Assembly (NCBI GenBank): GCA_051294375.1
Contig: CM119263.1
Location: 9,788,432-9,852,431, forward strand
Direction: 5' to 3'
DNA length: 64,000 nt
From: Paraspadella gotoi
Lineage: Eukaryota; Animalia; Chaetognatha
Shown: positions 1-14,143 of the stretch, piece by piece
Position numbering within the stretch: position 1 is the first letter of the stretch
How the letters are laid out: every line of letters begins with the position of its first letter
The notes under the pieces: model-generated
Told to the model about the DNA's origin: nothing
The model's database searches: none
Seen by the model: the letters and a program-made list of their open reading frames with translations, nothing else
Translations under genes and position numbers: made by a program

Positions 1-365
1 CTTCTTTTTACCTTTTCTTTCCTTTTTCTCCTTCTCTTTCTTCTCTTTACTTTTCCTTTCCTTTTTCTCCTTCTCTTTCTTCTCTTTGCCTTTTCTTTCC
101 TTTTTCTCCTTCTTTTTCTTCTCTTTGCCTTTTCTTTTCTTTTTCTCCTTCTCTTTCTACTCTTTACTTTTCCTTTCCTTTTTCTCCTCTTCCTTTTTTC
201 ACCTCTCCCTCATCTTTTTTCATCCATTTAACTTTAAGTCTTTATTCCGTTCATTAACCAATCAACTCCCCTTTACTCTCAATCACCAACTTATGCTACC
301 AACTTTCCCCGTTTCCCTTTTCTTTTCCTTTTCCTTTTCCTTTTCCTTTTCCTTTTTTTTTTTAA
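1..365. repeat. Polypyrimidine low-complexity tract
   Basis: CT-rich ~35-bp degenerate repeats. Confidence 0.85.
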
Positions 366-3300
366 ATCTCTTCATTTCCCACCAACAACAACAACAACAA
401 CAACGAAGCAGACGACGACGTCCATGATAACGTCGACTTCTTATTTCGTCTCGGATCATTGATTACGTTTGTTGCCAAGAAGAAGATGGCGTTTCGATGC
501 CGTCTGAATTACGGCCGATGCGATTTCTACAAAACTATCGACATTTTACACACGGAACTGGATATTTTATTTATTTTATTTATTTATGCTATCACTGATA
601 TGTTATTACCTGTTTCCAAAGGAATATGTAAATAGTTCTATACGTGCTGATGGAATGGTTGGAAGTTAAACAACAAACCGAAAAATAAATCTGGTATATC
701 TTAATCATATAATAATATATACCTTGATAGGAAAAAAATTCACTTTAAAATGTAAAAAGTATTTTAAAAAAATGTCTGAATCATTTGTTGTCTGACTTAT
801 TAAATATGATAATGGAATAATTCAATAATTAAAACTTTGAACAAATTTCTTAACGTTTTTATCAACTGAAATATATTGAATCAAAGCTCTTTTCTCTTAT
901 TTTTTAACTTGATTCCCAGAAAAGATGCGTTTTTGTTTTACGAAAACGGATGTTTGGTTCCGAAGTTTAAGCCGTGACTGCCATCTTTTGCCAATTCCTG
1001 GAGAAACAAAAATAATTTTTTTAATACTCTCCGTGATCATTTGTAAATAGTTTCGTGATTTTTTGTAGTGATTATTATTTAACACTGTGGTACATGGTCT
1101 CTGGACCTCTTTTTAGAAAAAATTAATACAATATCATTTTACAAAAAAGATCCGAAAATATATTGTTTTTTTCATTTATGAAGTTGAGTTAGTCGTTTAA
1201 AGCTTAATTTAATCTATTAATATTACATATAAAGTATTTTTCTGAATTTTCGAAAATTCAAATTTATTTCAATAACATATGCTGTTTGTAACTAACATAA
1301 CGCTACGCAATCAAATGTCATACATGTAAAGGCCTCGCTTATTTCGCCTCGTCTTGTGAAACGAAAAAGAAATGCGATAATTCGTTTAATTTTCATGGAT
1401 TAAGACGAAATCTTGAATAGGTTTTGCGTGACCCCCACCCATTTAGGAAGGCTAAAGGTAAAACCGTAAAAGAGAGAAAAAGATTTGTCACGATTCTTTG
1501 ATATAGTATATAGTATATGTATAGTATTGTAGCTGGAATTTGAGTGTGAAAACAAAAGATACAAAAAACTCCAAATTTTGGTGTTTCCACAGATTTCAAA
1601 CCCACCTTTTCGATGAGTTCATCTGAATTCATATAGCATTAGATTGTATACATCTTTCACATGATGCACATTGTATTATTAATTTTGAAGAGACAAAGGA
1701 CTTTTGTTCGTCGTAAAGAGCACTAAAGAGCGCGGCAGTTGTTTTGTAAGACCTGAATAAAATTAATTGTTCTTTTTACCCAGAAATATTACGTAATTTA
1801 TTTTGTACTCTATTTACATCACGTTTCTATCTTAAAATTGGGTAAGTGAAGAAAGGAGTTGGTTATGGTCTATATTCTCCAAAAAAAAATTACGTATATA
1901 TTTGGGAGAATGAAAATTCTTATTTCCAGACTTTTGTTTAAATAACAGCTATTTGGCAATGCAGAAAACTGAACGGTCGGGCATTTAGACTGTAATTAAT
2001 ATTTGGCAATTTTGGACCATAATTTGAAATCGATAAGTTACTAAGTTAGCGAATTTTATTTTTTATAGACAGATCAACAGACAGACCGATGAAAAAAATA
2101 ATAAAATATTGTCATATGGCGGCAAAAGTGCAGCGCTTTTTCAGAAAGATTTATTCCACGACTTCAAATACTAAAACTTAAGAGTCAGTGTTTATTACTT
2201 TTTCTTGTTGTTTTCGTGATAGGGGGGCGTTAGATTGTTTTTCTCTTTGTTTTTTTTTTCGGTGTCGTCGTTGTTGTTCTTGTTTTTCTCTGTTTTGACT
2301 TTCTTTTCTTCCTCCGAACTCTCGTTCTCTTCCTCCTCCATATTAGCTCGGGTTCATCGGAAAAATTCATCTGGTGACTGGTTTAGTACCTACCGTTCTT
2401 TGAGCCATAGCTTGTGCACGATTGTGTTCGGCCTATCTTGTTGAAATAAAAAACAATAATGTTCCGGCGGTATTTTTAATATCTTTTGTCTCATGTCTTT
2501 TGATTTTCTATACGATCTTGTTTTGTTTTGAATTTTGAAAGTATTTATTATATTTAAGTACAATTATTGGAACTACAGTTAAATGAAAATAACTGTTCAG
2601 AATGTTGCTTTGACACTTGTGAGGTTTAAACTGTAACGTTTGCTCCGTCGAATCGTTCCAAGCTGTCAAAAGCGTCTCAGCCAGAGGCGAAGAAAGCGAA
2701 AAGTAATAAAGGAAAACTGGGAGAAAGTGGAGATAGGATTTTCATCTTTTTTGACGGAAGAAAAAATAAGAACCAGCATTTGAACTATGATACAATTTTT
2801 AAAAAAACGATTTGCATCGGGCGCAGAAATAAAATATGGAAAGAGCGGTTATTTGTACTAATGGAGACACAAAAATCTTTCATGGCATCGCAGATGGAAT
2901 CAGAACAAGAATGGAATCGGATACGCGACTCGGATGAAACCCACCGAGGACTCTCTAATGGGTGCATTGGCTTTATTGCAGTTACTGCGATATCATAAAT
3001 AACCTAAAAATCAACGGTACATCTGCGATTTTTTATTTTGACAATGACGCTTACGATGATTAGGTTATCGACCTCATTTCGCCATTTTCTTTCCTTTTTC
3101 TTTTCTCCGTCTCACCAACTTTTATTCGAGATTCCTCCGCGGAATAAAAGAGAACCGATTCCGATTCCTAAAAAAAATAAAACTAGGAAATCGGGAATTT
3201 GCAAAAAATCGAGGGAAAAGAAACCAACAGACGCAAACAATGAAACCAACAGGAAGGAAACGCTCACGTCATCGCCGACAAATCCGCTGGAGACGATGAC

Positions 3301-3496
3301 AACGACGGCGACGACGACCACGACGACGGCGACGACGACAACGACGACGACCACGACGACTGCAACGCCACCCAGGCGCCGCGATTATCAACGACACTTC
3401 CACATCGACGTAACTCAAAGTGAAAATTATTTTCTTTCTCTCTCTCGCCCAATATATTTTTTTTTTATATATCTCGCGATAATTTTTATAGAAAAA

Positions 3497-3562
3497 AGAG
3501 AGAGAAGATGGAGAGAGAGAGAGAGAGAGAGGAGAGAGGAGAGAGAGAGAGAGAGAGAGAGA

Positions 3563-3607
<45 letters not shown>

Positions 3608-3767
3608 AAAATGAGGCTGCGACGTCGGCCGTTGCATCGCTCTCGCTCTCACTCTCAAAGCGCGACGCCCTACGAGGACTGATGACGAAGAAAAGCTTCA
3701 TTTGCCGAAGGATAAAATCGTGACATGGATTCTGTCCAATCGTTTAAAGCCAGCGACGCTTCTCTCT

Positions 3768-3812
<45 letters not shown>

Positions 3813-3814
3813 TC

Positions 3815-3855
<41 letters not shown>
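3497..3855. repeat. (GA)n and (CT)n microsatellites around a CpG-rich core
   Basis: Seen directly in the sequence. Confidence 0.9.
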
Positions 3856-5414
3856 GTTTTGGTGGCAAAATCAATTTTCCTTTAGTTTTACTTTTTTTGA
3901 GTGGAGGAAGCAGAGAGAAGAGAAGGAAAAAGAGTAAGAGAAAAGTTATATCGAGTAAAAGGGCGGATGAGTGAGGCTTTGAAAACAAAGAAGGAGACCG
4001 AGGCTGCAGGGCGTGAGCGCCGTAGCGCGGGAGTGGGTCAGGAAAGTAAGGGGGAAAAATATACGGAAGGATCGCACGAGGTGAGGAAAAGATCTGTCAA
4101 GAGGGAACAGAACAGGAGTATTGGATGGAGCACTTGGTCAATGAAAACAGGGACTTAGGGTGAGTTAAAATATTCATTTAGTTATGGTTTCTTATTGGTT
4201 GGCCTCTTTGGCATCTCTGGCCTCTTTCATTGGTCTTTTCTCTTTTTAATTAAGCTTTTCTATTTTGATTCTAATCTTTTGAGCATTTAGTTTTAATGAA
4301 GCACTAAATTTTTAATTATATTACTATGCACTAGTGGTGATTTATTTTCTATGTTACTATATTACTCTATTACTTTACTCTACGTATATTTCATCAATCT
4401 TCATGATCCTTAAAAATTTGTTTCGACGCTTTTTTTTTTTTTTTTTTTTTTGCTTTTTTTTTACCAAAAACGTATGTAGCGCTTTCAAGTCCAGCACTTA
4501 CTCAGCACAAACTGCGCTGTGAATTGATTTTTAGATCAAAGGATCCGAGGAAAATATCTGTTTGAAAAAAGCCAGTAATTTAAAGACTGTAAGGACACGC
4601 CCTTTAAATTGGAAGCTTTTCTCATTTCTGCCCCCTCACGATGACGCTTACAACTCGGCGCCATATCCTTTCGATTCGTCGGTTGGAATGCCGAGTTTTG
4701 CCGGAAAGGCCGTCGCCGAGAAATTTACACCATCGCAAGGTCACGTGATCGGAATGAGGAGGAAAGAATGTTGGGAGATCCGAGGAAAGGAGGAAAAAGG
4801 AGGGAAAGCGTCGGACGAAAAGAAAAAAAAAGGAAAAGGGTGGAAAGTTCCTCAACTGAGGAGGAAAAGGAACGGGAATAATTGGGAGGGGAAAAACAAT
4901 AATAAAGAATTAGAAAATGCGCGCGAACGAATCGAAAAGAAAGTTAGGAAATAAGAAAGGTGACAGAAAACGTTAGAACACGAAAAATAGAGAAACCGGA
5001 ATTGAAAGGGTGGAAAAAAAAACTGAGAAGAAAATGCCGGAGGGAGATGGAAAAATAAAAGAAGAAAATCTCAGAAACGGAAGGACGAATGGAGGAAAGA
5101 AAAGAAATAAGGAGAAAACTGGAGGAAATGAGGACGACGATGAAAAGGAGGAAAGGAATCGAATCTTTCTCTCATTTTGTAATTCGTAAATATAAAAAAA
5201 ACAAAAAAAACACGAGCCTCGTATAAATGCTGACAAGTTGGTTAGGATTTCAGATATTATAGAATTAAGAGCGGCTGTCGGCGTTTGGTTGATTTTGATT
5301 CGCGATCGACGAACGAGAATAAATTTGTTAAAATGTCCTGTTTACTCTTTTTAGTTCGTTATTGTTTTACTTATTTTTCCCCAAATGTACTGTGATTAAT
5401 CAATTAATTAATTA

Positions 5415-5416
5415 AT

Positions 5417-5512
<96 letters not shown>
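5415..5512. repeat. (TTTA)n microsatellite
   Basis: Seen directly in the sequence. Confidence 0.95.
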
Positions 5513-5667
5513 TTAATTAAGTAATTTATCTATCTATCTATCTATATATTCTTTCTTTCCTTATTTATCAAATTGAAACATTCGAGCCGCGTTTTGAATA
5601 GGTTGAACTTAAAAGGAATGACTGTCTAAAACCTCTCAGACCTGTTGTAATGAGTTGCGATGGCGGA

Positions 5668-5717
<50 letters not shown>

Positions 5718-6530
5718 GTCGTTCTTTCTGTCTCTCTCTCTTTCTTCCCGGACACATTTTCATCTTCCTTGCTTCCCGCCCCAACCTCCGCCTGAGACCG
5801 TGAGCGCCATTGGCACCGCGTTTTTATTTTTGCCAACGTTGTTGCCATGACGACGTTGGCGAGGGAGAAAAAAAAATTCAGTCAGCGTTGACTGTCGTGC
5901 GACTGTTTAACCTGCAGTCGGGGAATTCAGCTTCGTCGGCCTGATTACGAGAGGTATCGCTCGTTGTCGTAACAGCCCTTGGTAGGATTTTATCGATTAA
6001 TCGTCAGTTAAGCAATTTCAGATTTGAAAGATTTTTGGGGAAAGTTTTTTGTTTTTTTTTTTTTCAATGAATTTTGAAAAAAAAATCGTTTTTGGTTTTC
6101 GTTTTCAAAATTGAGAAAAGAAAAACTGAATTCAGAGGAAGATTCAGTCGAGACAGTGAAATTGACAAGGGAAAAAGGCACTGTTGTTTCGACTAAAAAT
6201 TCAGTGAGCAGAAATCATTACTTGTTTAATTCAATTGTCTAATCTTAACGACAATATCTGTCAAAACTTGGAGAACTTTTATTCATGAATCGTAATCCAC
6301 GCTTTCATTATCTTTTTGTTTGCATGAGTAGCTTTATTAAATAAATTATTATTATTCAAACGTGATTTATCGTAGAAGACGAGCAAAAATAAAATAAATG
6401 TTAATTTTTTTTTTTTTATTTATTACAACTGGATTTGTCAAAAGAAACCTTTCCAGCATTCCCTTATCGTCTCCACGCCGAGTCGGTCGGAAGGAAACAA
6501 AGGCAACGAGCGATGGAGAGAGAGCGAGAC

Positions 6531-6566
<36 letters not shown>

Positions 6567-7481
6567 AAAGAAAAAGCGGGTAAGAGAAGGGGGAATGACT
6601 GGCTAAAGATAGATGGCCTTCCCTCCCATTTCTCGATTCTCTTCCTAGTTTAGTCTCACTCATCCTAATAATCTCAAATCTTACAAAGAAATGGTGCCTC
6701 TTTTGCACCTTATTTTCGATTAGTTTTGTTTAAAGATAGTTACTCCATAATATATTTGAATATTCTACCTATAATAAACCATAAATTCATTTTTTACTGG
6801 AGTAAAAAAAATTATTGAATTTAATTTAATAATTTGTTTGTAGTAGTATAGTGATACGATATGAACTACTTCTAAAACGAAGAGAATTTTTAAAAAATAA
6901 TTTAAATGTTAGACGCTCGACTTTCAAATTATTTGTACAAAATATCCATATAAATTATGAATTATAATATATATTTTTACGTCGTTTTTATTTTTATTTT
7001 ACGTCTTATAATCTTGTCTATTTTGTCACAATTACAGTAGATTTACCCGTAACAAAAGAGAATGTTATCATATCCTCTAAGTCACCCAATCTACAATTCG
7101 CCAGCGATAAGATGCATACTCAAATTTAGATTTCCGTTGTGTTTTGCTTCTCCTAAACTAAAAATCTCTAACATTTCGGTTGCTATACAAGTGCAGTCGT
7201 GCACATCTCACTTGTTTCACGTACATATTATTGCATTTGCGATGCTGAAGATCTCATTAACCAGAACGAGTATATATGACATCTTGTATTAATTATATTA
7301 AAGTTTAAACATCCAATTCCATCTCCCATACTTAATATATCTCAGACGAAGCTAAAAAAACTCGCGTCTCATACGAAATATCCCATACTCCAGTTTTCAT
7401 ACTTCGTCTCATATAATGACGCCACGACGCGAACAATATTCTCTGCTCTTTTCCTTCACTCGATGAAGAATGAAAGTCAAC

Positions 7482-7517
<36 letters not shown>

Positions 7518-7641
7518 TCTTCCTCTCTCGTCTCTCTCTCTCTCGGCGAGGTTCGCGCTGCAAGACACAAACACGGCCGACCATAATTTCAGCTTCGTCC
7601 CATCGTCGTTCGTACGGGGGTTATGGCAGGAGGGTGAAATA

Positions 7642-7706
<65 letters not shown>

Positions 7707-8148
7707 AGGAGAGAGAGAGAGGAGAAGAATTTGAAAGCGAATTCATGGCTTTTTGTCGATGCCAGAAAGCATTTCGTTCTTTCAAGACTTTTTTTTTTCT
7801 TGCACATGCCTCCTTTTTTCTAAAAGGCCCGGTTTGAAATCACCACGTTTGTTAATAATTTCAAGAGGTGATCTTTCTGATGGCCTTCGGTTTCAGTTCA
7901 CGATTGACCCCGAATTCGGACTCCTCCTCCTCCTCCTCCTCCTCTTCCTCTCCTCCTCCCTCTTTCCTCCTCAAAATCTTCTGCCTCCTTTTGTTCTCCG
8001 TCGTAAAGTAAAGAGATTCCCTCGTATTTTTTGGGGTCTTTGAATCGAAGGATGAGTGAGGCATCAATTCGATTCCCACTCAATATCATCGTCATATTTT
8101 AAATTTATATCATTAGTCTTAATGAGAAAAAAAAATCATTAATCGAGG

Positions 8149-8410
8149 TTTAACTTTTAACAATACGCGGTTGGGTTATATTGGGTTATTCTTCGTCAAA
8201 AGTAGAAAATGAATTAAGGGCGAAACGAAAGCACAGCAGGAGTCTTGGACTCTAGAGCCTGGCAAGAACCTAAAATAATCAATGGAAACCGAAAGCGCAC
8301 GATGACCAATTCTAAAGCCGAGCGATCTTGGAAGGGGTCAATGATTTAGGAGAGAGTGAGCTAATGAGCAGCTGAATGAATTGAAAGAAATAATAAATAA
8401 ATAATTTTAA

Positions 8411-8481
<71 letters not shown>

Positions 8482-9068
8482 ATGCGTAAAGTACTAAATG
8501 AATAACCAGACATAAATAGATCGGTTCATAGGTTTTAATGTATAGTTGCGTAAATAATTGGTTTAATAAATAAAAGATTTAATGACTGCCACAATGATGA
8601 GTGATTTGGTGAGAGAATGATTGAGAGAAGCGCTGGACTCAAAACAGCAGCATTCTCTTTTCTTGGTTTTCCGTCTAAAAAAAGAGGAAGAAGAGGAAGA
8701 GGATCAATGATGGTTGGTGGGTCGAGGGATCCAGGGGCAAGTCGGTTCGACGCGTGGGTACAACAGTCGGTTGCGGTCTTTCCCTAAGGTAGGCGTTGAA
8801 ATCTCTTACCACCTGCAATATAAAAACAGACGAGATGATTTTTGACCGAATTATCCTTAACTAATAACAATAAGTTCTTTTTCCAACAAACTTCAGATAT
8901 TTTTTTAAGTAATTTTTTTAAGATTGTTCAAACACAAAATAATTCGAAGCTGATTTGAATTTTTAAAAGACCATAAGGAGATTTTAAATCGTTCATTTTC
9001 TAAAAGGTATTATGATCGCTTCTCAATCAGCATCATTGGCGATCTTAAGATTAGCATTCAATGAGAAT

Positions 9069-9102
<34 letters not shown>
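8149..9102 (+). repeat. ~950-bp duplicated segment, copy A
   Basis: Nearly identical to 11195-12790 once the MITE there is removed; differences are mostly 1-3-nt indels. Confidence 0.95.
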
Positions 9103-9103
<1 letters not shown>

Positions 9104-11194
9104 AGAGCAGCCAGTTTGTGATTAGCGAAGTTCAGTAAGCTTGGTATATGGAGATCGGAATCGTCCTGCGCATCACGGTTCAGAGAGAGTGTTTCTGGAG
9201 GCTTTGATAGTAAACTGCCTCTCTATTATACCTTTCTCTTAGAGATACGCAAATTTTGGTTCACTGGCGACGAACATCAATGCAGAGGTCGCAGTCGACT
9301 CGTCTATAACAGATGGCCAGGATGCGCTGCTCGCAATAAGCCGATAAGAAGTGAACATCGTGTGTCACGACTTACGGCTTTATGGTGGCTGTTTTAAACC
9401 GATCCTGAAAAGAGAGCAGAACTTCCGGTCTCGCACCGCCGTATGTCTGGCTGTGGGCAAAGGTTGGTTGCCTTGCCCGTGCCATTGCCGGCCCAAGTAG
9501 AACGGCGTCCTGAGTATGCGGTCTGGGGATTTTATCTTTCGGTTTCACCTACATTGCTACAACGTAAGGCAACCGCGGCGTCGTCACTGGAGTGATAGTG
9601 GAGATTTCCCTTCTGCTTTGCTAGCACCCGCACCAAAGCTTCACAAGTGATCCCCTGGTGGTAGGGGAAGGGACAGGTGACGCCACAGTTCCTGAGGCGC
9701 TTCTGCTTTAAATCTCCCAGTTGCGCTGTGGAGGGCCGCGGTGGTCCTTCAGCAGCAAGACCTCGTTCTTCGATCCTGGGGGCGAGGCTCTCTGAACTTG
9801 CGTCAGCAGTTACTTGGACAGCCCCTTGGTGGCCACTGTCGCTCACACAAGCGCTGGTTCCCGGAACCTAGCGCTTCTCGAACAGCCACAAGAGGGTAAC
9901 CAATTGAGCCGGGCCAGGCTGTTTTGACATGCTCAAGCTCGGCGGCCCTGGAGGCTCGGGGGTCGACGGAAATCAGAGGGACTCTTCCTGGTAAGAGGTT
10001 ACCTATGACCGTGGCGAGTTTATGGACAACGGGAGCATAGCGAAAATCAAAGGAATGTATTGGTCAGTATGAGATGGTTTGCGATACACAGAGAATTCGC
10101 AATGAGCCGCCCTCTTTTTGCGCCTAAATAGCATCATTGGCATTGAATTTTGCCAATGTCTCCTCCTTTTCAGCATGTCCACTTGATACTCGTTTCGATG
10201 CTGTTTAAATGGGTCAGAAGGGTATCAACAAAGATCCTGGAATAAAATAGTCAGAAGAAAGTTATTTTCCTCATCTAAACTTTGCTATCTCTTTAAACTC
10301 GCCCCTGGGGAGCAGTTTTTTGCTCCCCAAGGGGTTACCCCCAGGGGCAAGACTTTTGTTTGGCCAGCAGGGGGCTAAGCATTAGGGGCGCCCCTTAATA
10401 GACCACCAAAATAGTGGCCGCAGGGGGAAACGCCCCCTGCGGGCGGCCCCCTGATGGCATATCAGAAGGGGGCGCCCTCTCACATGACCAGTGTTTGCTG
10501 CTCCCCCTGGAATAAGTCTGGCCCCCTGGTGGCCGCCCCTAGAGCCGGCCCCGCGGGGCGGGAGATCGAATTTGGAGATGAACATTATCTCACCCCGAGA
10601 CCGAGAGGAGAAAAGTTGAGAGAGTGAGTCGATCTCAAAGACTCTAATCCGTGGATCACGGGGATGAGGGAAGAAGAGGGAAAGAGAAGGCCGGCGAGAG
10701 AGAGGTTCTGGCGGTAAGAGTGAGCCTCTATCCATTGGCCGTTCAATGGCCGTTTGTATCTTCAATTGCTTTCTACATTTGGTTGGGTTAACAATGTAAT
10801 ATTTACTTCTCGGACAGTTGATTTCGGAACTCTCTCTCTTTCTTCTCTCTCTTTGCAATTGCAAAACGCATCCTTAATGCTCAATCTTTTCTGCTCTACC
10901 TTCCTCTCTCTTTGCAATTGAGATTTGAAGAGGCGGTTTACAGGCGCCACATACCGCAGCGGGTGTCACTTCGTGGCGACTAGAGCGAGACAGCTATGTC
11001 ATATATTCATGTAGTCCAAGCTTTGGAATCTGGCATGTAGGCCCATGCCTACAGGCGGGTACACCGTTCATCCATCTTTCTACATGACACCTCAGAGCGC
11101 GCTCGAACTGCAGGGAGGACATTGGGGCATAAATGATCCAGCTACATATCGAGCGCTCCAATTTAAAGCTTAATTACATTGTATAGGGAACAGA

Positions 11195-11461
11195 TTTAAC
11201 TTTTTAACAATACGCGGTTGGGTTATATTGGGTTATTCTTCGTCAAAAGTAGAAAATGAATTAAGGGCGAAACGAAAGCACAGCAGGAGTCTTGGACTCT
11301 AGAGCCTGGCAAGAACCTAAAATCAATGGAAACCGAAAGCGCACGATGACCAATTCTAAAGCCGAGCGATCTTGGAAGGGGTCAATGATTTAGGAGAGAG
11401 TGAGCTAATGAGCAGCTGAATGAATTGAAAGAAATAATAAATAAATAATTTTAATAAATAA

Positions 11462-11492
<31 letters not shown>

Positions 11493-12726
11493 AAATAAAT
11501 AATAAATAAATAAATAAATGCGTAAAGTACTAAATGAATAACCAGACATAAATAGATCGGTTTCATAGGTTTTAATGTATAGTTGCGTAAATAATTGGTT
11601 TAATAAATAAAAGATTTAATGACTGCCACAATGATGAGTGATTTGGTGAGAGAATGATTGAGAGAAGCGCTGGACTCAAAACAGCAGCATTCTCTTTTCT
11701 TGGTTTTCCGTCTAAAAAAAGAGGAAGAAGAGGAAGAGGATCAATGATGGTTGGTGGGTCGAGGGATCCAGGGGCAAGTCGGTTCGACGCGTGGGTAACA
11801 ACAGTCGGTTGCGGTCTTTCCTAAGGTAGGCGTTGAAATCTCTTACCACCTGCAATAAGGCGTAGTAAAATTTCTAAATTTAACTTTAATTAAAATTCTA
11901 AAAGTGAGGAACGAACAAACATTATACTAATGAACATTTATGTAATAAAAAAATTTATAATAAATTTTACAATATACGCAGTAGGCTATATTTATACTAG
12001 TACTAAACCAATAAATGTTAAAATTTCAAAACAGTTTTGTCTAAATTTTTTTGCAGATTTGGATTCGTCATAAAAAGTTAATAAAAAGAATATAACTCTC
12101 TTTGAAAAATTCCTTCATTAAATGGGTCAAAAATTATAAAAAGCTATATTTTAAGCTGAAAATTAACTTTTTATATATTAAATATAATTTTTTAATTTTT
12201 AACCCACTTAATGAAAGAATTTTAAAAAATGATTTATATTTTCTTTTATCAACTTTTGACGAGGAATTCAAATCTGCAATCAAAATTAAGAAAAGCCTAT
12301 TTTGAAATTTTTCGATTTTATAAGGATAGTACTATATATAAATATAGCCTACTGCGAAAATTAAAAAACATAAAATTAATTTTTTTTATAAATTAATGTT
12401 CACTGATGGTATGTTGTTCTTAATTGACTTTTAGAATTTTCCGTATGTAACTTTCACTACGCCTTAACCTGCAATATAAAAACAGACGAGATGATTTTTG
12501 ACCGAATTATCCTTAACTAATAACAATAAGTTCTTTTCCAACAAAACTTCAGATATTTTTTTAAGTAATTTTTTTAAAGATTGTTCAAACAAAAAATAAT
12601 TCGAAGCTGATTTGAATTTTTAAAAGACCATAAGGAGATTTTAAATCGTTCATTTTCTAAAGGTATTATGATCGCTTCTCAATCAGCATCATTGGCGATC
12701 TTAAGATAGCATTCAATGAGAATTAT

Positions 12727-12782
<56 letters not shown>

Positions 12783-12790
12783 CTCTCTCT
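11195..12790 (+). repeat. Duplicated segment, copy A' (interrupted by a MITE, ends at an assembly gap)
   Basis: Same sequence as 8149-9102, from tttaactttt(t)aacaatacgcgg to the (CT)n tract. Confidence 0.95.
11856..12466. mobile_element. hAT-type MITE, 611 bp
   Basis: TIR TAAGGCGTAGT..ACTACGCCTTA; perfect 8-bp TSD ACCTGCAA; the empty site is present in copy A. Confidence 0.95.
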
Positions 12791-12795
12791 ACGCC

Positions 12796-12820
12796 NNNNN
12801 NNNNNNNNNNNNNNNNNNNN
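12796..12820. other. Assembly gap (25 N)
   Basis: N run. Confidence 1.
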
Positions 12821-13504
12821 CTCTCTCGCTCAACGACCATCTCGTCTTTCTGCGACTACGAAAATTAAAGCACGCGCGTAATGCGTGTGACTCTGCGTCA
12901 CGTGATGAGTTTGCGACGTCGCACGCGCAAATTCGCACGTAAGAAACGCGCGTGCTCGGGCGCGTGGCACGGGCGCAACCCTTGCTACGCCAAAAAGACT
13001 CAAACCATCAGCGGAAACGACTAGAGTCCACGAATCCACGACAAACATCAACTTTCTCACGCTGTCGATGCCATCCAGAAAAAGACGAGTCTAAAAATAC
13101 AACAATTTTGGTTGAATACCTCTTAATTCAAAATATTGATTTTACAACATTTAAATTTCTAAATAAGAATTTGTTTAAAAAACATTTCATTTATTACACT
13201 TACAATTTTTTAATTTGAATTTAATATTGTTAACGAAAATTATTATAAAAACCAAACAAACATGACATAAATAAACAAGGAATAATATTTAATAATTCAT
13301 TTTAGATATCGCAAGATATTAAATCAGAAGCAGTCGAACAAACGTATTTCCGCCTAAAGTCAAAGGGTGTTCGCTGTTCATTTGTTTATTCCTTTACTTT
13401 TGACTAGAATATCTCCCTCGATTAAGGTTGTGTAGAAACAGGACGAATAGGACCGAGAAAAAAACGAAATAAAGAAAAAAGAGAAAGAAAGAGAAACATA
13501 TAAA

Positions 13505-13506
13505 AA

Positions 13507-13602
<96 letters not shown>
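13505..13602. repeat. (GAAA)n microsatellite
   Basis: Seen directly in the sequence. Confidence 0.95.
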
Positions 13603-13603
<1 letters not shown>

Positions 13604-13948
13604 GAGAATGAAAACATAAAGAAGGAAAGAAAGATAGAAAGAAAGAAATCAAACTATGACCTTCCTGAAAAGACTTTCAACTAGAGGAAAAAATATTTAA
13701 TTAGCCGATTTGGTTTTGAACTCGAAATATCCGACTTTTTCGAAAAACTTCTCCGCTCGAGTCATTCGTTCAAAAATCTGTAATAAATTTTAAAACTAAT
13801 TATATTCAATTCAATTCTTTGTTAGATGAGCTGACTGTTTACGTTCGAGTAATAAGCATTGGTGAATTAAAAAGAAAAATGTCGAAATGAATTTGTAAAC
13901 ATTGGGTTCTCTCTCGCGTCTCTGGCGAGAGAGAGAGGAGAGAGAGAG

Positions 13949-14010
<62 letters not shown>

Positions 14011-14099
14011 GCTGCTTATGTTATGACTTTGTCACGCTCCCTGCTTCTTGCGGCTGAGACGAAATCTGCTGAAGGTTGCAAATGCCGCCGCGTTTTTAG

Positions 14100-14143
<44 letters not shown>

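Noticed and set aside
8149-12790. A and A' as LTRs of a retrotransposon
   Set aside because: No TG..CA ends, PBS, PPT or TSD; the repeats end in a microsatellite next to a gap.
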